A stretch of DNA of 62,578 bases, filler included, from Hausera hauseri (Eukaryota): assembly GCA_046269625.1 (NCBI GenBank). It is 11 parts of 11 records of this genome, joined end to end, with 100 filler letters (N's around TTAATTAATTAA, not from the genome) between each part and the next. Parts side by side here need not be neighbours in the genome. Positions count along the whole stretch, not along the records: positions 44,311 to 49,068 come from JBJURY010447579.1; positions 49,169 to 58,021 come from JBJURY010519902.1; positions 58,122 to 62,578 come from JBJURY010570894.1; 8 more parts are not named here. One strand, given 5' to 3'. A model generated the notes under the pieces. The model worked only from the letters and a program-made list of their open reading frames with translations, made no database searches and was not told the DNA's origin. The position numbers and the translations under genes were made by a program. This document shows, one piece after another, positions 46,826 through 60,307 of the stretch. Each line of letters begins with the position of its first letter. Position 1 is the stretch's first letter.

Positions 46826-48034
46826 CGTGAGGGTATCATAAAGTTTTAATTATCACTATGAAGTATTTGATCTATTCAGTTATAAACTTACTGCATAATC
46901 ATTGACTCCTATGTTCATGATGTTGTAAATTACAGCTGCTTATGTCAACTTGTTTTGTTTCATAAACCGGTAATTGTCAATAACCCGCCTGATGGACAAA
47001 AATTGAAGCACCCAGTGTTATCAAGTTCCAACATTTGAAAGGTAACAGTGGCAGCCAAATTTATGATGAAATGAAGGCTGTTTATGGTGATGATAGTCCA
47101 TCATAAGGCACTGTTGTGAAGTGAAAAAGGCAGTTTTTAACTGGTCACATGTCCCTCACAGATGACCCTCAATCCGGGAGACCCTCAATTACGGATGACC
47201 TTGACATGGTAAAGAAAGTGGAGGTTCTTATTGTTGAAGACAGACGAATATCTATTGAAATGGTCGTGAATGAAGTTTGTCTTAGTTATGGAAGCGTGCG
47301 GAAAATTATAAATGACCAACTATATGACTCCATTTTAAAAGCAAACTCGATGTGAAGAGAATATTTTTTTGCTCGTTTTGTAACTGTTTATGAATGCTGA
47401 GCCTACATGTATGATCCAGAGACCAAAGAAATGATCAAGCAGTGGCAATACTCCTCCCCTCTTCCAAAAATGCTAAGGTGCAGAAATCTGCAGGAAAGGT
47501 TATGCTGTCTGTTTTTGGGACTGTAATGGTGTGATCCTAACTAATTACCTTCTGAAGAGTCAAAAGCTAACTAATGCTTACTACTGCACCCTTCTGCAGA
47601 AATAACGAGATGCAATAAAAGAAAAACGCCGCGGTATGATTAGCAAAGGCGTCTGTCTCCTAGCCGACAATGCCCTCGCACATTCGGCCCAAAGATCTAT
47701 GGTGGAAGCTGAGGTGTGGTTACGAAATATTGCCCCATCCTCCCATATTCGCCTGATCTCACATCTAGCGACTTCTTTTTCTTTCCTGAAATAAAGAAAC
47801 CACTACGGGGTCGGCGATTTGATAACACAGATGACGTGATTTTGGAAGTTGAGCAGTGGGTTCTTGACGCCATCTCAGGATTTCTTTAATGATGGGTTGC
47901 GGAAGATCAAGAAACGCTGGCAGAAATGTGTGGCTTTGCAGAATGACCATGTGGAGAAGACTTAACTTCAACATATCACATTTGACTTGTCATTCTGTTG
48001 ATGGTAATAATTAAAACGTTATGATACCCCCACG
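46826..48034 (+). mobile_element. Mariner transposon, both TIRs present, transposase disrupted
   Basis: 27-bp TIRs CGTG[A/G]GGGTATCATAA[A/C]GTTTTAATTA flanked by TA; SGRP, YDPETK, SAGKVM, DNA..H, HPP/YSPDL motifs. Confidence 0.95.
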
Positions 48035-48571
48035 TATTTATTTTATTAATCAATTAAGTGGTATGCTTTTTGTATATACAACTATGTATAATTACAAAAC
48101 AAATTTATTATAGTTCGAATATTCTAATTTGGATTTGGTAAGTTCTTTGTCATTTTTGATTAACTCTTACAAACAGTTAAACTTATAAATGAATTTATGT
48201 TATTCTTAACAGACATGGGATGTACATAATTGTGGTTTGTAAATTTTGTTGGAACATTCGTTTTAACATTTGTGGAGAGCACAGTTTAATCAGATGTATG
48301 ATAACGTATCCATATACCGGTATGACATATGTTTTGGTACATAACGAAGGACCATGTTGGTTGAGTAACTGCTGTACTACAACATAAATCCCAATGAAAA
48401 ATTCCGATTGAAGAAAGAATTGAATCAAATGGTAATCGACATCCACAGAAATTAGGTTTTAAATGCATAAATAATAATAATAACAGTAATAATAATAAAA
48501 AGCCGACCCAGATCAATAACAAAAGAAAATTATTTGATATTAATTTACAAATTGTGAAAATGTAGTTTTAC

Positions 48572-48968
48572 CTAAACACCCAATGCTACCATCAAGTCCA
48601 ATATAATTAAGTTGAGCAGCGGCAGCCTTAACGTCTCTTTCATCTTCTTGACTCCAGTCACGGAGTTCGAATATTTCTTTTTGCCGATATTCGGCATTAT
48701 CGTCAAATTTCATTTTACAGTCCATACAAAACACTGGTTTACGAGTTAATGCATAATTGAACTAATGATAAACCATACCATGACCGGTGATGTCTTCGGC
48801 CATGGGGTTTATTTCCAGAAGTGTACAGTCACTTTTGACAAAAAAATTGTACATATTTTCAATTTGTGATGCAGCACTCATTATTTGTTCCGGCCCTGAA
48901 AACCCCATACTTTTAGCAACTTCTTCGCATTGTTCTTTACTAACACCATAATTTATATCAACGGGTAC
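48572..48968 (-). CDS. SUCLA2: Succinyl-CoA ligase [ADP-forming] beta subunit, two internal exons (48968-48779 and 48733-48572) with a 45-nt intron
   Basis: [49 protein letters not shown]; canonical GT-AG sites with consistent phase. Confidence 0.92.
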
Positions 48969-49168
48969 CTGTAACAAATATTCGTACTAAGGTATAAGAA
49001 TATAATAAGAAATATAACTATATTACAGTATTGTATATGACAATAAGTAAAACATAATAAATTTCACTNNNNNNNNNNNNNNNNNNNNNNNNNNNNNNNN
49101 NNNNNNNNNNNNTTAATTAATTAANNNNNNNNNNNNNNNNNNNNNNNNNNNNNNNNNNNNNNNNNNNN

Positions 49169-49864
49169 AGAACAATAAAAAGTCTGTGTAACACATTTAA
49201 TCATGGAAGAACGTCCCTAGAAGATGCTGAAAAGCAAGGTCGTCCTCCTGAGCACATTATCCAAATTTGACAACTGTTAGATAACAACCCCAGATTAAGT
49301 ACTAGAGGTTTAGTAGAGGTTTGACTGTTGTCTGTGTTATTATAAACCTTAGCTTATAATACAGACATGTTTGCAGTGTGTGGATGCCAATAATTTTAAC
49401 AGAACAACAGAATGAAGCACGAGTTACTTCTTGTAATGCTATTCGAGGAGAATTAGTTCTTCTGAGTGAAATTAAGTACAACTCATATGTTGTTGAAAAT
49501 GTAACATGGGTATTCTTTTTACCTCAAATACACAAAGAAGGGAATAAGGTATGGATTTCTAAAGATGCTAAACTTCACCAGATTCTAGGACCTACGCTTA
49601 CTAACAAAAAGATACCCCTTCCTCTTGCTTTCAGTGTGACTGGACATTTTTCTGTGAAAACACTGTCCTTGTGGAACGACGATAAATTCAGTCGTTTATC
49701 ATGATTTTGTACAAGCAACTTACAACAAATGGAGGACATTAAGAAATAATCCAAATCTTTTGAAAGACATTACAAGGCAAAGTGATAAAGCACGTTGTCA
49801 TATTTTTTTGACTACAAGAGACTTCTACCAAAAGAAAGGTATCAAAACAATTTTCCAAGCATCT
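49169..49864 (+). mobile_element. Decayed mariner-like transposase fragment
   Basis: GRTSLED...GRP, VWMPIILTEQQ (WVPH.L-like), DKARCH (DNA..H-like). Confidence 0.7.
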
Positions 49865-49912
49865 NNNNNNNNNNACATGTTTACAATGATCATCATAAAG
49901 CTGAAATATCTG

Positions 49913-50193
49913 TGTGGTGTCCTGCTGCTATGTTGCCGCGCGACCAAATCGGCATTTTGCCCGAAATTCAAATGTATCGAATATGTACAACGAATTGTTA
50001 CAAGCAATTGTTGAACAGAATGCCAATAGTGAAGATGTAGCAGAATTAGGAAAACTCTTTCAAATAAGTCAAGTTTTTGAATATATTCTGGGTATAGTGC
50101 TGTCGGGTTTTTCGGGAGGACGGGAGTCGATTCACCCGATTTTTGTGAAATAAAAATAAACTATATAGAAAAAAAATGTTTAAATACATCACG
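49913..50193 (+). repeat. LTR-like repeat, direct copy of the 3' LTR at 57797-58021
   Basis: Colinear over ~215 bp, roughly 85-90% identical by eye; starts TGTGGTG and contains AATAAA. Confidence 0.8.
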
Positions 50194-51149
50194 GTAAAAA
50201 AATAAATAAATGAGCCACCAAAGTGAAAGTGAAAGTAAATAAAAAATTTTGTTCGTGTAGTTCTGTCTTTTGCAACTTAACCTATCTCATTTAGTGAATT
50301 AATTGTTAAAAGATTTTCGTGTTCTCATATCACAGTAATTTTCGTAATTATATTTTCATTGAGACAGTTGAGCAACCTACAGTATAACAGAAAATATTGT
50401 TGTTTCATCATTCCTTCGAAGATACGACCGAATCATTAAAATGTTTCAAGTCAGGAAATGCTTTAATCATCATTATCTTTCTAAAGAGTCTGATCTACCA
50501 TTATTGCCCAACGCTCCAAAGATATCGACTCGATTAATTCTTGATCAACATTTCAATGTTGAAGGAGATGAAGGAAAAGTTAATGACCCAATATTTTGAG
50601 GGATTCCTATTAAAGCCAAGATTGACGTTATACGTTTTGGTGGTGACATACAGATCAGATTTGATAATGATGACAGAAAGTCGAATTATGGTTCTTTATT
50701 TGTTTGCTTCCCAATAAATCCGATGTCAACCAGTGGAATCTTGAATATAACTACGGTAAAATGCCCAAGTGTGTCGTCTACTTTATTTTGTTGGGGTGCC
50801 ATCAACTTTATCTGGGGGTAAGTTGATTCCCCAAAGAGCGCAGGTTATCAATTTGTTTACTAACCGGCTTAATTCCGATAAGAGACGTTACCAAAATCCG
50901 GTCATCCAGATCTGCTGGAATCCCAGGGAGCAAATAACCAACAGTTGGTGTCAGATCTACCACACAACTTGCTATCTACGTGGACCAGGCTCAGCCGGAA
51001 CTTCGGAGACGTTACAACGACAATTAAATGGGATGAGTCTGATTCTTGTTCTTCGGGAGCGCGGCGGCACTTTGTTCCCGGAATTTGTTTTTATTTCTGT
51101 TTTTAATCAATTCACAAACATTCTTGGATTTTGTTATGTGCCTCAACCA

Positions 51150-52778
51150 ATGACTGACAGTCACAATGACACAATGGAAATCGCGAAAAATGTCGTTTCA
51201 GTTAGTCTTGAATTGGTTACATTACATGTTCAAATGACATTTTCCACCACCAATTTCTTTACACACAATTTTCTACAACTAAAACAATTACTTAACAAAC
51301 AACCAGTATATGTTAAATCACTGCTATTTGATACATACAGTTATGCCTCTGTTAATCCATTAAGTAATATGTTGATATGGGACAATTTAAAGCAACTCCA
51401 TTGTGTCCCTGGCCGAATTGAATTTAGATGAACAAATCCACATAGATATGATCTGCCAAGAGCAGGGATCAAATCTATCAATACAAATACACTTGGATCA
51501 TTTGATCAGATATTTTGTTATTTCGACGAGAAACATCATAAAGGATGTCAGTTACAAAGACCTGCAGTCAGTGTCAATTTCGGATATTACAAAGAATGCC
51601 CATAGAGCCATAAGGTATTCAGAAGAAATAAAACATGGATTGGATCTTGTAGCTTTTAGAACTCTCACAGAATCCGATTTTTTGTATTTAACAATCGTAA
51701 TCCACGGAACGTACAACTTATGAAGCCTAATGCACTCCCTGTTGTTGATATGGTGAAGTTGTCTTATCACATCACTGGAATAATAAGCAAGTACATAAAA
51801 ATGCCGTCGTATTCGACATTTAAAAATCTCACAAAATCTAAGAACAACACCGATGTGTGCGATTTTGCCAAGTCCACCTTTTCAGACCGGTGGCACATCC
51901 AGTGTCGGGTACTGTATGCGCATTGCTTAATGCGTTGGTCAAGGCCAAGACCTTATACTGTAGAATAAGCTACAGGATTGCATTCGCTAACGGCAGAGAT
52001 TGCTGCAAAGCAAACATCTCTATTCTGTTACACTTTAGTTCGGATGGCTTCTATAATACAGACCTTAGTTGGTTGCGCAGCGATACAAAAAGTCATGCAA
52101 TCGACATCTCGTAAATTCATTCCCACTCAACAATGGCTTTATTGTCATGTTCTTGAAATCCTTCACAACTCGAACATAAAAATTTTGCAGAACACAGCAG
52201 CTAACTGTATTTTGGATAGCCAACATTGTGATACAATGGCTGTGTTCTCAAGTAAATCTCGACATTTTGGAAATCGTTGTTGGACCAGAAAACTTCTTTT
52301 CGTGACTGATAATGGTAACATCAAAAAATCACACCTCAATCGACAATTTCTATTTTGTACTCAAGACACACACGAAAAACGAAATCATAATTCGCCGTTA
52401 AGACTGGTAAAACTATGAACCTAGAGAGTGGCTTCGAAGCCTATCAAGACCTTATGTGCCAAAATATCAAACGTGTTTGTAACAAAATTATTCCCAACGC
52501 AATGGTATCGCTAATACTTTTGACACTGTCACTACTCGAACTCACATGTATAGGTTTTGGGCTCTCAACCGAAAACCCTTTTCGGACTCCGGAACTCTTG
52601 GCACCAAAGGAAGTTGTCAAGCGACTGTACTGTTCCTAACAAAATCTTGTTCATCATTACAAGATCCTCCAGAAAAGGTCATTTCCATTTGCACATGAAA
52701 AATGTATCACATCAAATTGAACGTACCCTACTTTGGGTTAGGGATCTATATCAGGGTCTAATTATACACCCGACACGT
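51150..52778 (+). pseudogene. UBA1: Ubiquitin-activating enzyme E1 pseudogene (N-terminal ~60%, no evident introns, many lesions)
   Basis: MEIAKNVV..VTLH; CDFAK; QKVMQSTSRKFIPTQQWLY; VTDNGNIKKSHLNRQFLF; SGTLGTKG..QDPPEK.ISICT (catalytic Cys context); HQIERTLLWVRDLYQGL. Confidence 0.9.
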
Positions 52779-55700
52779 TGTATGCCCGCTGTTTGCCCCA
52801 TGGCCGTGGGTCGCGCGGCGCGTACTGTGGGGTTACCGCGTCGCGCCCCTAGATCCAGCCATCGCATTTTTTCCATTTTCATTTTTAAATACAACACACA
52901 TTCACACACATACCACAAATCATGATACCTTAGGAAAAGTGCTATATGCTTCAATCTTACACGCCACCGACATGTCCGAGTTTGCCTTGTTTTTCAATGG
53001 CTTCATCATCCGTCGACATGATCGGCTGTGTAGCTTTCTTTTGCATCCATTTTCATCCATTTGTGTCACGCTTCAGTCTAAACTGTATAATGGTTCTGAT
53101 CCCAACGCTGATGAGATAAAAAGTCACCTAACATAACCTTCGTGTCGCCAACTCCTTCCTCCTTTTTACACTTTTAGTGCGTCGATTTTTTCCTTGATAG
53201 TCAGAATTCCAGCAAAACATGCCTAGATTTCCACGAATAGATGCTATCCTCACACAATGTCACCGATTCCTTCCAGAAAGCCAACAGTTTACTGATTCAT
53301 CTGCCACCCAACATAAAATCTTTCATCACTAATCTATCTGATATTTTCAATCACTCCGACCCCTACAAATCTCTATTGGACGCCGTAACTACATCAACAG
53401 AGCCTTCGCTAAACTCCATAATTCAAAAATACTTCAACGAAAATGCTCTTGGCCAGAAAAAACCTTCAGAATTTCTTCAAACCACAATCTCACAACTAAA
53501 TTCACTAGGCGTGAACCAACAAAATAACACTGATCTTCTCAGACGTTATTTCTTATAATCTTTTCCAATCAAAATCCGCGCACTCGTCACTGTAGTGGAG
53601 GATTCTATGTCGTTAGACAAACTGGCGCAACTTGCAGACAAAAGTTATGAAAATTTTCACAACAATGATACACATACAACGATTTCAGCTTTACAAGCAA
53701 CACAATCACCAACAATAGTTGCACATCTATAGTCAAAAAACTCATCAAACATCGCAAACAACATAGTTAATGAAATACAAAATCTTCAAGCCAAAAATGC
53801 GGACTTACATCAGGCTATTTCAGCTATATCTAGCAAACTCGACGCTTTATCCTTTCCGCGTCGTGATCAGTTTAGCGCAAATCGAAGTACGCAATAGTCT
53901 GTAAACTTCAGGTGTGCCCAGTCACCTTCGCGATGGATAGTGTGCTATTATCACACAAAATTCAATCGAAATGTCAAAAAATGCCGTATAGGCTGTAAAT
54001 TCTACATGCAGAATTTCCAATCACGCGATGTAGTCTGCATCGATCACAATAAGTTCAAAGACAATGCAAAACGCTGCTTATATGGGTGTACGTTTTACAC
54101 CCAGAACACTCCGACTTCTTCATCTAGTCAAAAAAGAAGAAACCGCCAGAAACTACGACAAATTCTGGCAAAGGCCATCTTTCATCACTTAACAGCTGTA
54201 CTAATGCTGTTTTTCTATTAGACGGTGCACTCACATCTTCTCCACACCATACTAAATTCTTGATTGATTCGGGTGCAACCGTCTCATTATTACCTTCATC
54301 TTTCCATTCTTTAAAAATTCTTCCAACCTTTGCTAGGCTATTTACTACCAATGGGCAAGCCTTACGCATTTCTGGTACTGCAGAACTCTCCTTCACTTTA
54401 GCACATTTCTCTGAACTTTTTCAATAGAAGTTTATTGTTGCTGACATCAAAACTCCCATCTTAAGCATTGATTTTCTATTGCATTACAATTTACTTGTCG
54501 ACTGCGGACAGCATCGTGTGATCAAAAATACCATTAATCATACAAAATCACAAAATAATGCACCATTTGTCGCGCAATTGGCTGTAACGTCACAGTCTAT
54601 AATAAAGAAATCTTTTGTTAAACTAGATAAATTGAATGTTAATAACTCCGATTGTGACGTTTCCATTCATACTGTAACAACAAAAACAATTGCCAACACC
54701 GACACAACCTCTCACCTCACCTACCCATTAATGCAACTGAATAGAGCTCTTCGTGACTACATCACAACTTTTTGTTCTAAAGCATTGAAGAAAGACCCAA
54801 ATTTCAAGCCTGCTTCTACGACGTAACATCACATCGTCACTGATCACCAAAGACCAACTAAACAGAAGGTTAGGCTACTTTCTCCAAGCAGACGCAAAGC
54901 TGTGGAATCGGAGTTAAATGAATTAGAAAAGGCAGGAATTATAAAAAAATCAAAGTCACCTTGGGCCTCATATCTGCACATAGTGCCCAAGAAGGACGGT
55001 ACTTTCAGGGCCTGTGCCAAAAACCATTGAACACCATTACGATAATGGACGCATATCCATTACCGCTCGTCAATGATATCCTATACAGACTTAATGGCAA
55101 CACCATATTTTCATCCATCGATCTTCATAAAGCCTACCATCAAATTCCTCTCTCACCTGCTGACATACCGAAGCAGCCTCTTTGAGTATGTCTTCATGCC
55201 GTTTGGTTTGCGTAATGCCTCTCAGACATTTCAAAGTCACATAGACACAATTCGTTCTGGTCTAAACTTTGCATTTCCTTACATAGATGACATTCTCATA
55301 GCCTCGTCATCCCCTAAACAATATTTTGAGCACTTACGCATAATCTTTCAACGCCTTTACCAAAATAATTTAGAAGTAAATTTCGCCAAATACTCTTTTT
55401 TCCAACACAAGATCCATTTCCTTGCTTATGTCATCACCAAATTTTGCCACTCTTCTTAGCAATACCGCATAACTCAACTTAAGGACATTAAATTGCCTCA
55501 AAAAACTGAAATGCGCTCTTTTCTTGGCACAGTCCACTTTATTAACAAACATGTGCAGCAGTGCTCTGAATTAATCTCACCGTTTGCGTTTTTATCGTCT
55601 GAAAAGAAGAAACAATTATTTCACTGGACTCCTGAACTTGTCAACCAGTTTGATCATTTACGTGAAGGTTTAAAAACTATCGAGATTCTAGCTTATCTCA

Positions 55701-58021
55701 AGCCTGACGCAGAGCTGATATTAACCACAGATGCCTCTACCACAGCAGTCAGTGCAATACTGCACAAAATTTCTACTGGTGTCAAGGAGCCTCTGGAATT
55801 TTATTCTCGGAAACTTACACCACCAGAAATTCATTACTCAACGTTCGACAAAAAGCTCCTAACTATAGTATTAGCCGTGAAACATTTATCGCATTTGTTA
55901 ATTGTCAGATCGTTTACGATTCAAACTGACAGCAGACCTCTTATTCGCATCATGGACACGAAAACTCTCTCACCTCGACAAGAACGTCACATATCGTACT
56001 TGTCGACATTCAATTTGAAAATGGTACTTATTTCAGGTACTGGCAATTTGGTTGCCAATTTTTTGTCGAGATCGGTTAACATCATAGGTGTCACTCCCAT
56101 TTTCTCTCAGGCAGTGCTTCGGCAAAACGTACCAGTTCAGGAAATTCTTAAGTTTTTTAAAAGGCACCAAATCATCGACGGAATAGCCTATGACAATTCT
56201 AAACCCGCAACCACAAATCAATTTTGTCTTCATCTTTGTAGAAAACTGCATTTCACAACGTACATTCCCTTCATCATCCGGATGCCAAAGCAACCTTTCG
56301 TCTTCTGCAACATAGCGTTATATGGCCATCCATGAGATCAGACGTACGGGCTTGGTTTAAGGAATGCGTGGCATGCCAAAAATTCAGAACTCACAAGCAT
56401 CTGAAGCCACCATCATATAACTTTCCCTGGATGTCTCGTTTTAAATCCATTCATATTGATCTAGTCGGCTGTCTTCGTCCAAACAACGGTCATCAATTCA
56501 TACTCACCATGATGGACCGTTCTTCTCAATGGCCAGAAGCCATCCCACTACGTTTCACTAACACAGACACTATCGCGGAGGTCTTTGTCAAAACGTGGAT
56601 CAGCATATTTGGCTCCCCTGGCTTCATAATCACGGATCAAGGTCCACAAGTCAAAATTTTTTAAGTCCTTAGTCAATCGATTGGGGATCAAACATATACA
56701 CACTTCTTTATATCATCCCCAAGCGAACGGTTTACTAGAAAGATTTCACCGCATAATGAAGACCTCACTCAAAATCCTTACTGAATCACACAGCAACTGG
56801 ACAGCTCTTCTACTTCTGGTCCTGCTTGGCTGGCGAAGCACACTCCCAACCACCACGGTTTGTGCACCAGCTGAAGCACTGTTTGGAACACCGAATCGAA
56901 CATTTTACGAGTTAACTGATCTGGATGACACACCAACGGGCGAGCTGATTCGTACTGCGCAAAATCACTTTGTCATACTAAACAAAGACTCATTTTGCAA
57001 AATAGTAAATTATAACAAGTCAAATATACCAAATGATTTGTATACAGCCAAGTTTGTCTGGCTTCTCAATCATTCACCTAGTAGTTTCCAACCGCAGTAT
57101 GTGGGACCATTCAAACTTTTACCTTTATTCTGTCTTACAGCTACCATTCTTAAAAGTGGTAAAGAACAAACTGTGCACATCACAAAATTAAAACCAGCCT
57201 TATTCATTGACTATTCTCCCGAAGACACGCAAACCAACACCAACCCTACTGGCACTTTTCTTGATTTCTTTTCCACCATTTCACCCTCATGAAATTTAAC
57301 TAACTAAGCACGACCTTCAACTGAAGACAAATCTTTTTTCGATTCTTCTTTTCAACCTTTTCCACATTTGCAGTCTCCTCCAAACCTTCACCTTTCTTCA
57401 GACACGCATTCTTCAAGTTCTGATTCACTTCGTATCTTTCCGCACTTCTTATCAACGTCTGAGCCCTCCACAAATCCTCAATCTTTTACATCTCCACGTC
57501 CTCTTTCACCTTCAAATATTACTAATTACCCTTTGCAACCTTCACTTTCCTCAACCAAAATAATACCCTTCATAAAATCCGACATTTTTTCCTCAACTGA
57601 CGCCTCGGCAAGCAAACTCAAATTACGCCAGCAAAACACGCAGAGTCACTTTTAGTAAGTACAGTAGAGAACAAAACTTCGACAAAGTACAACGTTTTGT
57701 ACACAGAAAAACCGAATAGGGCATAAACACTTTTCCTCCTTCCTTTTTTGTTGCGTCATAGTTTAATCTTTGCCACGAGGGGGGGGAGGGCGATATTGTG
57801 CCCTCCTGCTGTTTCCGCGCGATCAAATCGGCATTTTGCCCGATATTCAAATGTATCGAATTCGTACAGCGAATTGTTACAAGCAATTGTTGACCAGAAT
57901 GCCAATAGTGAGGATGTAGCAGAATTACGAGAACTCTTTCAAATGGGTTAAGTTTTTGAATATATTCCGGTAACAGTGCTGTCAGGTTTCTCGGGGGGGG
58001 GGACGGGAGTCGATTCACCCG
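52779..58021 (+). mobile_element. Decayed near-complete CsRn1-like Gypsy element (gag with two CHCC knuckles, PR, RT, RH, INT, PPT, 3' LTR from 57797)
   Basis: FLIDSGA; DAYPLP; YIDD; TTDAS; HIDLVG; YHPQANGLLERFH; GPF; G-rich PPT at 57778-57792 followed by TGTGCCC. Confidence 0.93.
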
Positions 58022-59210
58022 NNNNNNNNNNNNNNNNNNNNNNNNNNNNNNNNNNNNNNNNNNNNTTAATTAATTAANNNNNNNNNNNNNNNNNNNNNNN
58101 NNNNNNNNNNNNNNNNNNNNNAATGGAGCAATATAGTTTTCTAGATGAGTAGATTAGTTGAGGCCATAAAGTTAAATAAAAACTGAAAATCTTTGAACGT
58201 GTCTTCAAAATACTGTTGCTAAAATGTCAACATATAACTATTTGCTTGGCAAGAATGAAAAGTTAATTTAAGAATTTGTTTTTTATCGGCCATCTTGGGT
58301 TTATGGAAGCACATGATCATAATATCATCGTTTAATGGTATAGTAAAGGGCACAATAATTTCGGTGTATGAACATGTCTTAGAGGATCATTTATATAAAT
58401 TCTGAAAACAGTCTGATGATTTTACCTCTTATTGGTTTCATATATGGAAAGTTTGATAAATTCATACTAAACAAATATACAGTGGAATGACAACTTTGGA
58501 GCTAATTCATACTAGAGTAAAGATTCGTATACCCTTCGAATCTTCGACAAGATACTGGTATTGTCTTTATCACCTTATTGTTGAGGTTTAAGTAGGCTTT
58601 CATCGTGACACTCTCTGAGATCCTTTCTTGTTAGTGGGTCATAATAGTACAAATGTGAATATATCATTAAAACCAATAGAGGTATCCACTGTTGACGGTA
58701 ACACTTCTGAGTCTCTCATCAAGTCTGGAGAAAGAGGTCATGGAACTTTGTAATACTTCTTGTGAAACCGACTTCATTGTCTGAATTTTTGAGTTATTTT
58801 ATTGCCTGATTAGTGGCACTAGTGTTGGTTAACATCGATACGAAACGTTCATATATGATGATTCTGAATTGGCTCTGTCTCTGTGTGGTTTTTGAAATTA
58901 AAGTCTGATTTACATTTGTATCATCGGATAATGAAGTACCAATGTGATTTAGAGTGATGTTTGAAGTATACTGAGTTTCATCGGTGCGATCATTTTCGGA
59001 CTAACGCGATTGATTTGCACATAATTCATGCGCTTTTTCGGTGAAATTGCGGACGGATGTTGCTAATGTTTTGATTTGTATGTTGTCGCTGAAAAGAGAA
59101 ACACGAAGTTGAGTCGAGGACTGTGAATTTCCAACTGAGTAATTTGATTTCAACTGGCTGTGTTTTCCAAAGCTTAATCTGGCGGCATTTCAGAATTTTT
59201 TTTGAGACGG

Positions 59211-59265
59211 AAGATCGGGGTCCGCCTATGGGCCCGATGCGGCGGCGACGGATGCCCGGTGTAGA
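59211..59265 (-). repeat. Third copy of the GC-rich hairpin core seen at 30810-30858 and 35070-35118
   Basis: Reverse complement CCGGGCATCCGTCGCCGCCGCATCGGGCCCATAGGCGGACCCCGATCTT. Confidence 0.65.
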
Positions 59266-60307
59266 GCCTTTTAAAGCTTCTAGGTTTGGGAAATGGATGT
59301 TGTGCCCAACGAGTTTGTGCTTCCGTATTCCATCGTTATCAATAACTATGTACTTTTCCAGTGTTCCCAATCGTAAAGAGAAAACTAATTAGTCAGATCA
59401 AAATTTATTATCGCCATTATTCGACTATGAGGTAATCCTCGTTTTATCCAAACCACCATTGAATACTTCTTTAGTGGTATCCGAATGACTTTTATAAGAA
59501 CAAGAATTAGAAGAATCGCTATTTGAATTTGGTATATCCAGTCTACTGTTTTTGTCTAAAAATAACTTCGGTCGATTGTGTAAAATTTTGTTCTGAGTGA
59601 ATCTGAACTCTATCATGGTCACAATTAGAATATGTCTTCATTTTTGGATTACTTAATATGGAATATTCTATATTCGGTCAATTTCATCTCCATTCAATTT
59701 GAAGTCAGTAAATTCAGATCACGCAGTTATTTAAATAGTGTTCTGAATACGGTTCGAAATATATTTGAAAACAACGCATATTACAAACAGTCATCGGGGG
59801 TTTGGGAATCGTTGCCGGGCTGTGCCCAAAAAGAAAATATAGCCGAAAGTTGTTTTAATATTCAACAGTTGACAACGACGGCAAGGATTTAAATTAAACT
59901 TTTAAAATAATGGAAAATTTGTGAACAATATTGATTATTGAACGTTTATTGTTTTGGTTACAACAATTAAAGAATTGTAGTAATTTTGTATCGTCAAAAT
60001 AAATTTTCTCTGGATTTATTTACACATTTTGGACCAGTTTTCTATACATTCAATATGCTTAAATCCCCCTTGGATTGTCATGATATCGGAGTGCTATATA
60101 TCGTTCTCGGGGGTCGGTTGACGCACTCCAAAAACTCTGGTATTATTTTTAAATTAAACAAGTTTAAACTTTGTCAGTGGCATCCAGTACTAAATCTAAA
60201 ATTCAACGATAATGCGCTGTTATATCCTCTAAGAAATTCTAAGAAACACACTCATAAACATTTTAAGATTATTTTCAAGTAAACTAATGTAATTTTTAGC
60301 ATTCATA

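Noticed and set aside
48195-48522. Small hydrophobic-leader, Cys-containing ORFs inside the SUCLA2 intron
   Set aside because: The Leu run derives from a (TAA)n microsatellite, there is no ATG start and no recognisable homology
50769-51150. N-terminal part of the 220-aa ORF upstream of UBA1 homology
   Set aside because: No UBA1 or other motif before ~51150; probably a chance open frame
5531-52778. Apparent ubiquitin-system cluster (Helitron DUB, DCAF8, RING, UBA1)
   Set aside because: The four lie on different contigs joined by linkers, so there is no evidence of linkage or even of a common source organism
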